From Planctomycetota bacterium (GTDB lineage: Bacteria > Planctomycetota > Planctomycetia > Pirellulales > Lacipirellulaceae): a stretch of DNA of 64,000 nt. A program made the position numbers and the translations under genes. Positions 1-8,609 of the stretch are shown piece after piece. The notes beneath the pieces are model-generated. The model did no database searches, was not told the DNA's origin, and worked only from the letters and a program-made list of their open reading frames with translations. Numbering within the stretch: the first letter of the stretch is position 1; every line of letters begins with the position of its first letter. Where the stretch lies: the NCBI GenBank assembly GCA_039190745.1, contig JBCCXZ010000011.1:11223-75222 (forward strand), read 5' to 3'.

Positions 1-25
1 CTCCCCTTTTCGTGTTGAGCAACAC

Positions 26-1162
26 ATGAGCACCGCCGTTGAGCCGGTCCCCGCTTTCGAGCTGAAGCCCTACAAGTCGCTGGAGAACGAGGAGCTCTCC
101 CGCCGTATTGAGGCGGTGCGGGCCGAGATGGGCCCGCGGCTGCTGATCCTGGGCCACCACTACCAGCAGGACGAGGTGATCGCCCACGCCGACCTGCGGG
201 GCGATAGTTACCAGCTGAGCCAGATGGCGGCAGGCAGCGAGGAGTGCCGGCACATTGCGTTCTGCGGCGTGCACTTTATGGCGGAGACGGCCGACATCTT
301 GGCGAACCGGCCGGAGAAGCTCACTAGCCGCGGCGGCGAGCGGGTGCGGGTGGTGCTGCCCGATCTGGCGGCCGGCTGTTCCATGGCGGACATGGCAGCG
401 ATCGATCAGATCGAGGACGCCTGGGACCAGATGGGCGACGTGGTCGACACCGAGGACATCACCCCGGTGACCTACATCAACTCGGCGGCGAGTTTGAAGG
501 GCTTCGTCGGCCGGCACGGCGGGATTGTTTGCACCTCGAGCAACGCCAAGGCGGCGCTCGATTGGGCGTTCGCCCGCACCTCGCGAGTGATGTTCTTCCC
601 CGACCAGCACTTGGGGAGGAACACGGCCATGGGCATGGGCATCGGCGAGGAGCTGATGCCGGTGTGGGACCCTTACCAGGAGATGGGCGGCAATACGGAA
701 GAGCAAATCGCAGCGAGCCGAGTGATCCTCTGGAAGGGCCACTGCAGCGTGCACCAGATGTTCAAAGCGGAGCACGTGGCGATGTTCCGCGAGCAGCACC
801 CGGGGATTCAGATCTTGGTGCACCCCGAGTGCCCGAAGGAAGTGTTCGAGCTGGCGGACATGTCGGGCTCGACGGGGAAGATCATCCAGACGGTGGAGGC
901 GGCGCCGGCGGGGAGCAAGTGGGCCATCGGCACCGAGCTGCACCTGGTGAACCGGCTCAAGCAGGAGCACCCGGAGCAGGAGATCCATTTCCTGTCGCCG
1001 GTGATCTGCATGTGCGCGACGATGTACCGCATTGATCTTGCGCATCTGTGCTGGACGCTGGAGAACCTGGCGGCGGGGACGCCGGTGAACACGATTGAGG
1101 TCGACGAGGAGACCTCGCGGTGGTCGCTGGTGGCGCTGGAGCGGATGCTGGAGGTTCGTTGA
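26..1162 (+). CDS. nadA: Quinolinate synthase A
   Basis: Motifs ILGHHYQ, GDSYQL, FCGVHFMAET, AGCSMAD, TYINS, GHCSVH, HPEC and CxCxTM match the NadA family. Confidence 0.96.
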   Translation: MSTAVEPVPAFELKPYKSLENEELSRRIEAVRAEMGPRLLILGHHYQQDEVIAHADLRGDSYQLSQMAAGSEECRHIAFCGVHFMAETADILANRPEKLTSRGGERVRVVLPDLAAGCSMADMAAIDQIEDAWDQMGDVVDTEDITPVTYINSAASLKGFVGRHGGIVCTSSNAKAALDWAFARTSRVMFFPDQHLGRNTAMGMGIGEELMPVWDPYQEMGGNTEEQIAASRVILWKGHCSVHQMFKAEHVAMFREQHPGIQILVHPECPKEVFELADMSGSTGKIIQTVEAAPAGSKWAIGTELHLVNRLKQEHPEQEIHFLSPVICMCATMYRIDLAHLCWTLENLAAGTPVNTIEVDEETSRWSLVALERMLEVR

Positions 1163-1267
1163 GGGCCGTTAGCGGCTGGCAATGAGCTGTTGGCTTTTGG
1201 CTTGAAAACAGCGATCTGCGTCTTGGGGACGGAAGTCCTTTTCTTTTGTCCAAGTCTCTTGGCGGCA

Positions 1268-1299
1268 CCCCAGCGACGCGTAGCGTCGCGGCTATTGCG
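1268..1299 (+). repeat. REP-like palindrome, copy 1
   Basis: CCCCAGCGACGC-GTA-GCGTCGCGGCTATTGCG; identical over 32 nt to 3270-3301; 7-bp stem with GTA loop. Confidence 0.9.
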
Positions 1300-1600
1300 C
1301 GCGTGACAGAAGTGCGCGGGGTTTTGTGCTTGGGGGCTTTGCAGAAGTCGTCCTTTGCTAATTCATGGGATCGTTGCTAGTTGCTGCAGACACAGTGTTT
1401 GCGGCGATCTTGTGGCATAAGCAGTTGGTGCGTTTTGCAGCAGGATCTCTTGCTGGAGGGGTCAGAAAGGGCCTCACCCAAAGGCGCAGAGGCGCAAAGG
1501 ACGCGCGGAGTTGAGCCGGCGGCGTCGCCGCCCGCGCCTTGTTGCTGCTTGCTGAGTTGTCAAAGAACGGTTGCTCTAGTTGTGGGTGAAGTATAAGTGA

Positions 1601-2626
1601 TCAGGTGTCCATTATCAAGTCGCTTGCGGGAGAAGGGCGTTTGCTCGGCAGCCAACGCGTTGCTGGGAGCAGTGCGAGGATGACGAAGACGGCGGTTGCG
1701 TAGACCTTGGCGTAGTCGAGTTCCGGGGCGAGGGCGCGATCGAGCTCGCGTAGGTCGATCTCTTCGCCTCCGTTGCAGGTGAGGAGGGCGGCGGCGAAGT
1801 CGCGGTCGAGGGGCTTTCGGACCGCGCGGGCGGAGCCGTCGGCGAATCCGACGTGCAGTACTTTCGATGGTTTGTAGAAGAAACCGTAGTCGTGCCAATG
1901 GCCGCTTTCGGCGTAGTACGGCGGCAGGCCGCAGAGGAGGTCGACCGCTTCGTCGAAAGTCAGGTCCTCGGGTTTGGCCCAAGGGGCGTTCTTGCCGCTG
2001 GCTTCGATGACGACGATGGTCGACTCTCGCCGGTCGGTGATGTCGCTCAGCCTTCTCGCTCTAGCGCCGGGCCAGACGGTGCGTTCATCGACGATGGCGT
2101 AGTAGCTGGTAGTGTTGGGTTGGAGGTTGTTGAGGTCCTTCGGGCATTGGTAGACGGCTATCTGGTCATCAGTTAGGGGTGAGTTGAACGAGCTATTCCA
2201 TGGCTCTTGGTAGCGGAGCAGGCGGTAAGGATTCGGAAACTCTAGCTCGGATGGTAATTGCGTTCGCCAGCTTGTCGTGGGTGTACCCTTGTCATCAGTG
2301 TTGTAGACCGGAGGCAACGCCCCGTGTCGGTCATTGTAGCATTGGAGCGCCAGCCCAATGTTCTTGAGGTTGTTGATGCACGACGTGCGACGAGAAGACT
2401 CTCGCGCCTGTTGCATCCCCGGCAGCAGCAGCACGAAAACAACAAAGGCCGCGAAGACGAACCACAAGAAGGCGTGCCGTAGGATTCGTGGCGGGGGGTA
2501 GAACAACAGCGTCCAGCCCGTGCAGACGACCGCTGCGGCGAGGGTTCCGTAGTAGCCGTCAAAGGTCGCGATCGCCGAAGCGAAGACGGCGAATGCCCAG
2601 AGGATGGTGCGGAGGCGGAAGCGCAT
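1601..2626 (-). CDS. DUF1559-family membrane protein without a prepilin cleavage motif
   Basis: [23 protein letters not shown]...LPP, SWR, and HVGFADGS (H-X9-DG-type) motifs; N-terminal hydrophobic helices after [11 protein letters not shown]-terminal TM segment. Confidence 0.85.
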   Translation of the reverse strand: MRFRLRTILWAFAVFASAIATFDGYYGTLAAAVVCTGWTLLFYPPPRILRHAFLWFVFAAFVVFVLLLPGMQQARESSRRTSCINNLKNIGLALQCYNDRHGALPPVYNTDDKGTPTTSWRTQLPSELEFPNPYRLLRYQEPWNSSFNSPLTDDQIAVYQCPKDLNNLQPNTTSYYAIVDERTVWPGARARRLSDITDRRESTIVVIEASGKNAPWAKPEDLTFDEAVDLLCGLPPYYAESGHWHDYGFFYKPSKVLHVGFADGSARAVRKPLDRDFAAALLTCNGGEEIDLRELDRALAPELDYAKVYATAVFVILALLPATRWLPSKRPSPASDLIMDT

Positions 2627-2660
2627 GGGGTTGTTGGGTGGTGCGCTGGTTTGCGGGGCT

Positions 2661-2688
2661 CCAGCGAGCCGTAGGCTCGCGGCTATTG
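2661..2688 (+). repeat. REP-like palindrome, copy 2 (stem variant)
   Basis: CCAGCGAGCC-GTA-GGCTCGCGGCTATTG; stem substitutions preserve pairing. Confidence 0.85.
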
Positions 2689-2760
2689 GCGCTCTTGCGA
2701 TTGGTGATGGTTTTGGGGTTTGTTTGCTTGATTCTTCGCGTCGCTTCGGCTTCGGTGGGA

Positions 2761-2789
2761 AATAGCCGCGACGCTACGCGTCGCTGGGG
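2761..2789 (-). repeat. REP-like palindrome, copy 3 (inverted)
   Basis: AATAGCCGCGACGCTACGCGTCGCTGGGG is the exact reverse complement of 3270-3298; contains the transposase stop codon. Confidence 0.9.
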
Positions 2790-3262
2790 CGCGGAGGAGG
2801 CTCTGTCCAACACACCCCGCGATGACTCGGCAGGTACTTCGTGACGAGGTACTCGAAGTGCTCGCGGTCTTTCACGCGTTTGCGGCTGGAACCGTTGCTG
2901 AACCACCTTCGGCGGGACAGCTGGTCGTTCAGGGTGCGCGTGAGGCTCGTCTTCAATGACTTGGAAATAGACTCCCACGGGCGGTCGTGCGTCCAACTGA
3001 CGAGCGTGTGGACGTGGGAGGCGTCGGTGGCGATGGCGTGGCAGTGTGCTTCAAGACGGGGGCAGGACTGTTGGAGGGTTTCGACGATTAGCTGCTGCGC
3101 TTGCTTGTCGAAGGTTACCTCGGATTCGCGCACCTTCTCGCGGCAGTTCTTTGCGAGTTTCGGCGATGCGGGTTGGACGCCTCGGTCGCGGTCGACGTAG
3201 CCTCGGCTGCGGTCGGGGAGCCAACTGCCGTAGGCGTGGTAGGTGAAGAGGTAGCAGGGCAT
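2774..3262 (-). mobile_element. HUH/Y1 transposase (IS200-like, REP-associated tyrosine transposase type)
   Basis: 162 aa; N-terminal FTYHAYGSWLP, HUH motif (SHVHTLV), W near C-terminus and candidate catalytic Tyr (VTKYL); flanked by REP-like palindromes. Confidence 0.82.
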
Positions 3263-3269
3263 GTGCTGC

Positions 3270-3301
3270 CCCCAGCGACGCGTAGCGTCGCGGCTATTGC
3301 G
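3270..3301 (+). repeat. REP-like palindrome, copy 4
   Basis: Identical to copy 1; lies 7 nt upstream of the transposase ATG. Confidence 0.9.
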
Positions 3302-3362
3302 GATTTGAGGCAGAGCGAATCGTAGAGTTCATCGCACTCAAAGCAGCGGACGAATCCGTTTG

Positions 3363-4058
3363 CTACTCGGCGTCTTTGTCGCGGCAGTAGGCGAGCATGT
3401 CGTCGACGGACATCGACGAGCGGTCGACCTTGCCGTCTTCTTCCGCTGCGGGCGCTTCGGCTGCGGGCTCCTCAACCGGGGTCGTTTCCTCGGCAACGGG
3501 TTCCTCGGCGGCGGGCTCGGGCTCCGGTTCGGGATCGGCCGCGGGGGCTGGTTCCGCTTGCGTCGCGGCGTCGCTGGAACGGGCCGCGGCGAGCATGTCG
3601 GAGACGGACATCTTGCCGGCGGGCTTGCTGGGGGCTGCTGCCGCTGCGGGGGGGTCGGGCTCGGCTTTCGCGGGCGCCGGCGGGGCTTCCGCCTTGGCGC
3701 CGCTGTCGCCGCTGCGGGCGGCGGCCAAGATGTCGGCCGCGGACATCTTCGGCTTGGCCGGGGCGGCTTCTTTCTCGGCCTCAGGCTTGGCGGGCGCTGC
3801 TTTCTTGGCCGCCGGCTTCTTCTCCTCGACCTTCGGCTCGGGCTTGTCGACCACCTTGAGGAAGTCGAGGTCGATGTCGTACCAACCGATGTTGAGGTGG
3901 TACTCGTTGAACTCCACCAGGGCGCGGCCGCTCATGTTGACGGTGCGGACCAGGCCGACGACGTCTTTGAAGCGGGCCAGCTCGGGGCGGCTCTCGTCGA
4001 CGACGACGTACTTGTCGGTGTACTCGGCTTTGATCTTTTCGATGTTGGGGAAAGCCAT
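3363..4058 (-). CDS. Hypothetical protein: small globular N-terminal domain and Ala/Pro/Glu-rich tail with three MSxxD(I/M)LAxxR repeats
   Basis: Genome-typical GC-rich codon usage; start MAFPNIEK at 4058 chosen by inspection. Confidence 0.75.
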   Translation of the reverse strand: MAFPNIEKIKAEYTDKYVVVDESRPELARFKDVVGLVRTVNMSGRALVEFNEYHLNIGWYDIDLDFLKVVDKPEPKVEEKKPAAKKAAPAKPEAEKEAAPAKPKMSAADILAAARSGDSGAKAEAPPAPAKAEPDPPAAAAAPSKPAGKMSVSDMLAAARSSDAATQAEPAPAADPEPEPEPAAEEPVAEETTPVEEPAAEAPAAEEDGKVDRSSMSVDDMLAYCRDKDAE

Positions 4059-4273
4059 CGCGGCGGTCGCCTGACTGATTGGTTGCGGGTGCTGGTTGGT
4101 TGCGGGCACCCCAGGGGGCTCGGGGAATCCACGATTTTGCCCCATGCTCGGGGGGTTGGCAATGGTCCGTTAGGCGCGCCGCGGGGCCGGCTTTTCGGTT
4201 GCGGGGGGCCGTCGGGCGGCCGATAATCGGGCCTTCGTGATGGGTTTTCTAGTTTTGCACCGAGGAGCGGGCC

Positions 4274-5134
4274 GTGTTGGAGCATTCTCTGAGCGTGGTT
4301 GTGTGTCGTTGTCGGCTTCTGCTGGCGGGGGCCTGGATTGCGGCCGCGGTCGCGGCTTCGGCCGGGGCGGAGAGCGTCGAGTACCTGTCGGGGGTCGAGT
4401 GGCCCGAGCCGGCGGCGGTGACGCCGGGGGCGACGCCCGGGGCGGCCCCCTCGGACGCGACGGTTCTGTTCGACGGGACCAACCTCGATGCGTGGGAGAA
4501 CGGCGACGCCTGGAAGGTGGAGGGCGGCGTGGCAACGGTCGGGACCGGGCCGATTACCACGAAGCAGACCTTTGGCGACTGCCAGCTGCACGTGGAGTGG
4601 TCGGCACCGGTGTCTCCGTCTGGCGACGGGCAGAACCGAGGGAACAGCGGCGTGTTCTTCCTCGGCCACAGCATCGACATCTCTTACGAGGTGCAGGTGC
4701 TGGACTCTTTCCAGAGCAAGACCTACTTCGACGGGCAGGCGGGGGCGGTCTACAAGCAGACGCCGCCGATGGTGAACGTGACGCGCCCCCCCGGCGAGTG
4801 GAACGTGTATGACATTCTGTGGACGGCTCCGCGGTTTGAGGGAGACGGCACGCTGAAATCGCCGGCGTACGTGACGGTGTTGCACAACGGCGTCGTAGTG
4901 CAGAACCATTTCCAGCTGAAGGGGAGTACCTACTGGCACCGGCCGCCGGAGTATGTTGCCCACGAGGGGGACGGACTGCACATCTCGCTGCAGGACCACC
5001 ACCACCCGGTGCGTTACCGGAACATCTGGGTGCGTGAGTGGAAGGCGCTGGAGGGCAAGCAGGCCGAGCCGCCGAGCTACTACGATCACGCGACGGGCAA
5101 GACTTCGGCTGAGCGACCGGCGACCGGCGGTTAG
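4274..5134 (+). CDS. DUF1080 family protein (3-keto-disaccharide hydrolase-like), secreted
   Basis: PSDAxVLFDG, FGDCQLHVEW, GNSGVF, YEVQVLDS, GEWN, LQDH and VRYRNIW motifs; signal-peptide-like N-terminus; start uncertain. Confidence 0.9.
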   Translation: MLEHSLSVVVCRCRLLLAGAWIAAAVAASAGAESVEYLSGVEWPEPAAVTPGATPGAAPSDATVLFDGTNLDAWENGDAWKVEGGVATVGTGPITTKQTFGDCQLHVEWSAPVSPSGDGQNRGNSGVFFLGHSIDISYEVQVLDSFQSKTYFDGQAGAVYKQTPPMVNVTRPPGEWNVYDILWTAPRFEGDGTLKSPAYVTVLHNGVVVQNHFQLKGSTYWHRPPEYVAHEGDGLHISLQDHHHPVRYRNIWVREWKALEGKQAEPPSYYDHATGKTSAERPATGG

Positions 5135-5141
5135 CGGGCGG

Positions 5142-5738
5142 TCAGCCGTTCTCTCGCAAGACCCGGTAGCGCCAGCGTAGCGTCGCGGGCTGCGCCGGCA
5201 GCGGACGCTGGATGGTGAGCGTCTGCCCCTGCAGGCTCCAGTGAGCGGGTTCGTCTTGTTCTTCGATAGGTTCGATCGAATGCAGGCCTGGGCCGGCGGA
5301 GGCGCGGAGCGCGGGCGGCTTGCCGGCGAGCGTGGCGGTGGGCGGGGTTTCGTACGCGCTGCCGATCTCGGGGATCGACTGCGTCGGCGTGCGGGCGGCG
5401 GCGTCGAAGACGACGCAGACGCCGGCTTCTGTTTCTTGAAGCTCGATGCTGAGCGAGCAGCGGATGTCGCCGGTCATGCCGTAGAGGAGCGCGGGCGGCG
5501 GGGGTCCGGCTGCAGGGTCGTGCGTTTCGAGCTGCTCGCGGTTGAGCGCTTGGAGGGCGATGCAGCCCGGGGCGTCGGTTTCGATCGAGGCGAGCAGGAG
5601 GGCGGGCTCGGCGTCGGGACTGAATGCGAGGAGTCGGTGGCCGTAGCGGTCGGGGCCGCGGGTGATTTCGAGTCGGTAGCCGACGCCGTGGGGGTTGGCG
5701 GATTCGACGGCGGCGATGAATTCTTGGGAAGAGTCCAT
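5142..5738 (-). CDS. Hypothetical protein
   Basis: ORF with typical codon bias; ATG at 5738; no recognised family. Confidence 0.6.
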   Translation of the reverse strand: MDSSQEFIAAVESANPHGVGYRLEITRGPDRYGHRLLAFSPDAEPALLLASIETDAPGCIALQALNREQLETHDPAAGPPPPALLYGMTGDIRCSLSIELQETEAGVCVVFDAAARTPTQSIPEIGSAYETPPTATLAGKPPALRASAGPGLHSIEPIEEQDEPAHWSLQGQTLTIQRPLPAQPATLRWRYRVLRENG

Positions 5739-5910
5739 TTTCTCTCGCGCTAGGAGGCTGGGTTTGCCTCTTGTGCTGCGCACACGGACAATCGTTCGAA
5801 TGCGTTCAACTACTCCCGATAACCTACGCGAGTGACTCTCGGCGCCACCCGCGTCTGGACCAGGTAGTGATCGATAGACGCACGCAGAGTATTTCAGGCG
5901 TCAAGAAGAA

Positions 5911-5945
5911 GCCAGTAGGGCCGTTTCAAAACCGGCCCTACTGGC
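5911..5945 (-). terminator. Intrinsic terminator hairpin after the XRE gene
   Basis: 13-bp perfect stem GCCAGTAGGGCCG/CGGCCCTACTGGC, followed by TTCTTCTT on the minus strand. Confidence 0.7.
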
Positions 5946-5957
5946 GATTGGGGGAGC

Positions 5958-6569
5958 TTAGGGATTCCACTCTTCTGCGGAGGAGCAGGTAACGGTCTCT
6001 GAGCAATCGATCAGAACAGAGAGAAGGTCAATGATGCTCTGGGCAGCTTTCGCTGGGAGTACAATTTCTTGTGCAACCGACTTGAGGGTGTCGATATCGC
6101 GTTGGTCAACGTGCTTATCAGTGACTACAGCAACATGAAGACGATCAAGGGCTTGTGACAATGACTGCATCCTAGACTCAACGTATCCTTGAACGGCAGA
6201 TACGTCTTCGAATTCAAGGCCAAGCTTTTCATGGCCAAGACAAGACAGAAGCTGGTCTTGGTTGTCGAGGTTGTTGCTGGGGCCGGCCCCCTGAATATCT
6301 AAAGACTCTGCGATAGACCAGGCGTGCGAAACTGAACAATCGAGTGCATGGCAAATCGCGTTTAGTCTTTCTTTCCCAGGAAAGAGGCCCCCGTTCTCCA
6401 CGCGGCTCAAGTAGCTTTGGCTGACGCCGAGGCTTTCAGGAATGCTGTCAGCGATCTGCTTCTGAGTCATTCTGCTCCGCAGGCGAATGATCTTTAGCGC
6501 CTTTCCGAAGCGTAGTGACATGTTATTCGCGGTGCCTCCCTTCGAGGAGTCGCGGTCGTGGGTAGACAT
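5958..6569 (-). CDS. XRE/Cro-family HTH transcriptional regulator with extended C-terminal domain
   Basis: FGKALKIIRLRSRMTQKQIA...VSQSYLSRVENG...P...LNAICHAL is an HTH_3 pattern; AT-richer codons; start at 6569 or 6581. Confidence 0.85.
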   Translation of the reverse strand: MSTHDRDSSKGGTANNMSLRFGKALKIIRLRSRMTQKQIADSIPESLGVSQSYLSRVENGGLFPGKERLNAICHALDCSVSHAWSIAESLDIQGAGPSNNLDNQDQLLSCLGHEKLGLEFEDVSAVQGYVESRMQSLSQALDRLHVAVVTDKHVDQRDIDTLKSVAQEIVLPAKAAQSIIDLLSVLIDCSETVTCSSAEEWNP

Positions 6570-6627
6570 GATATTACTCATCTCCAAAATGTTAAATTGC
6601 GCGAGGGCAGTTTGGTTTGTGGCAGAG

Positions 6628-6659
6628 AAAAAAAGGCCGGGGCGGGGGAGCGCCCCGGC
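6628..6659 (-). terminator. Intrinsic terminator
   Basis: 9-bp GC stem (6636-6644/6651-6659) followed by T7 on the minus strand. Confidence 0.8.
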
Positions 6660-6676
6660 TGCAGCTGCGAAACACA

Positions 6677-6922
6677 TTAGTAGTACCTGATTCTGGCTGT
6701 AACGTTCATCAGTGCTTCACGTAACTCGAGAGTCTTCTGGTGAATCTCCAAGAGATCTTCACCATCTACCACAATTAACTGATGCACAATTGCCCTTCGA
6801 ATATCCAGCAGCTCTTCTTGTGAGAACTCACATAGGCAGAGGATTGAATTGATGACGCCGCCACTTTCACCTTTCAATTCCTCATACCAAGAGAAGCTCC
6901 CATCGAATTGTTGGGCGTCCAC
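6677..6922 (-). CDS. Small orphan protein (81 aa)
   Basis: AAGGAGG Shine-Dalgarno 6 nt before GTG at 6922; terminator directly downstream. Confidence 0.65.
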   Translation of the reverse strand: MDAQQFDGSFSWYEELKGESGGVINSILCLCEFSQEELLDIRRAIVHQLIVVDGEDLLEIHQKTLELREALMNVTARIRYY

Positions 6923-7266
6923 ACTGGACCTCCTTGGTTGGACTGGGGTACCGGAAAGGGTTCTTCCAGGAGAGTCTCCATTCGTTGCGGTAAGGGTGAA
7001 GGAGGGTAGCCAGCGGCAGCAGGCACATGCGACAAGCACAGTCGGCAGTCCCCCCGGACATTACCCATAGTAATGTCCGGGCTGCGGGGGTCAAGCTGTT
7101 TTCTGGGGTAATCGCGGTTGTAGTGCCGCAAGACGGCTTGGAATGGCTAACCCAGGAATGTTGTCTTGGCATGGATAACCTGTTTCCATGCCTGAGATTC
7201 CGTCCTTTGCACGCTGTGAAGTAACTGAGCGTGCAGTCCGGTACTGAATCAGAAAACGCTCTCTTC

Positions 7267-8389
7267 CTACTCCGCTTTACCTGCTAGCGGCTGCCCCGCC
7301 CGCCACCGCAGCGTCGAATCCAAAAACCCCTGGATGTCGCCGTCGAGCACCGCATGAAAATTGCCCATCTGGTACTTCGTGCGGGCGTCTTTCACGCGTT
7401 GGTCGGGGTGGAGGAAGTAGTTGCGGATCTGCGAGCCGAAGCCGGTTTTGGCCTGTTGCTGGTACTTGGCGGCCTCCTCCTGCTCGCGTTTCTCTTCCTC
7501 GAAGCGGGCCAGGCGGGAGCGGAGCATCTTCCAGGCGGTGGCGCGGTTCTTGTGCTGGCTGCGTTCGTTCTGGCACTGCACGACAATGCCGGTCGGCTCG
7601 TGCGTGAGGCGGATGGCGCTGTCGGTCTTGTTGACGTGCTGGCCGCCGGCTCCGCTGGCGCGGTAGGTATCGACGCGGACGTCGGACTCGTTGATGTCGA
7701 CCTCGACCGTGTCGGAGATCTCCGGCGAGACGTCCACCGCGGCGAAGCTGGTTTGGCGTTTGCCTTCGCTGTTAAACGGGCTGATGCGCACCAATCGGTG
7801 GATGCCGGTTTCGCCCTTGAGGTAGCCGTAGGCCATGGGGCCGCGGACGGCGATGGTGGCGTTGTTGATGCCGGCCTCTTCGTTGTCCTGGCGGTCGACG
7901 AGCTCGGAGCCGTAGTCGTTCTTCTGGGCCCACTGGAGGTACATGCGGAGGAGCATCTCGGCCCAGTCGTTGGCGTCGGTGCCGCCGTCGCGGGCGTTGA
8001 TGGTGATGATCGCCCCCGAGGCGTCGTGCGGGCCGTTGAGCAAGGCTTGGAGCTTCAGCTCTTCGATGAGCACCTCGAGCCGGGCCACTTCGGCGGGGAC
8101 CTCCTCGGCGAAGGAGTCGTCCTCGTCGCTCATCTCGATCATCGCGTCGAGGTCGTCGGAGGCGGCGGTCGCCTCGTTGAGGGGCTCGACGACGGAGGTA
8201 AGGCCCTTACGCTCGGCGACGGTTTCCTGGGCCTGGGCCTGGTCGTCCCAGAAGCCGGGGGCGGCCATCAGGGCGTCGATGGCGGTGATGCGTTCCGCTT
8301 TGGCGGGGCAGTCAAAGAGAGTCCCGCAACTGGAGGATCGCCGTGCGGATGGCGGCGGCGCGGTCGATCCATTCTTTTTCCAGCGGCAT
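7267..8389 (-). CDS. prfB: Peptide chain release factor 2, with programmed +1 frameshift
   Basis: SPF and GGQ motifs. ATG at 8389 follows AGGAG; 25 codons end in CTT TGA C (8317-8311), and the +1 frame continues into the long ORF. Confidence 0.97.
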
Positions 8390-8609
8390 GGTCGGGACTC
8401 CTGTGCGGTTGCGAAACTGCCAGTGTAACGGTCGGTCAGGCGGGGGCGAAGGCGGTATAGTGGATGCTCATTCAGGAACAGGAGATGAGGTGATGGGAGG
8501 GGATGTTGGTGATGGCGTTCTATGCGGATGCTTTCAGTTATCTCCCGTATCTCCCCGCATCCCCATCATCTCCTTCAACGCAATCGACTGAACGAGGGTT
8601 GAGCGGCGT

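Noticed and set aside
1268..3301. Repeats as a CRISPR array
   Set aside because: Irregular spacing, mixed orientation and no cas genes.
5172..5188. Partial REP match CCAGCGTAGCGTCGCGG
   Set aside because: Lacks the left stem arm and lies inside a CDS; probably chance.
5810..5870. Possible degenerate duplicate of the prfB 3' end (att-like site) at the far side of the islet
   Set aside because: Shares CTACTCC and a few short words with 7267-7325, but only about half the positions match and gaps are needed; not distinguishable from chance by eye.
6570..6677. Longer N-terminus of the XRE ORF as given in the track
   Set aside because: It would run through an intrinsic terminator (6628-6659); a downstream ATG is more plausible.
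7267..8389. prfB as a pseudogene because of the internal stop
   Set aside because: The stop is the conserved CTT-TGA-C programmed frameshift site.
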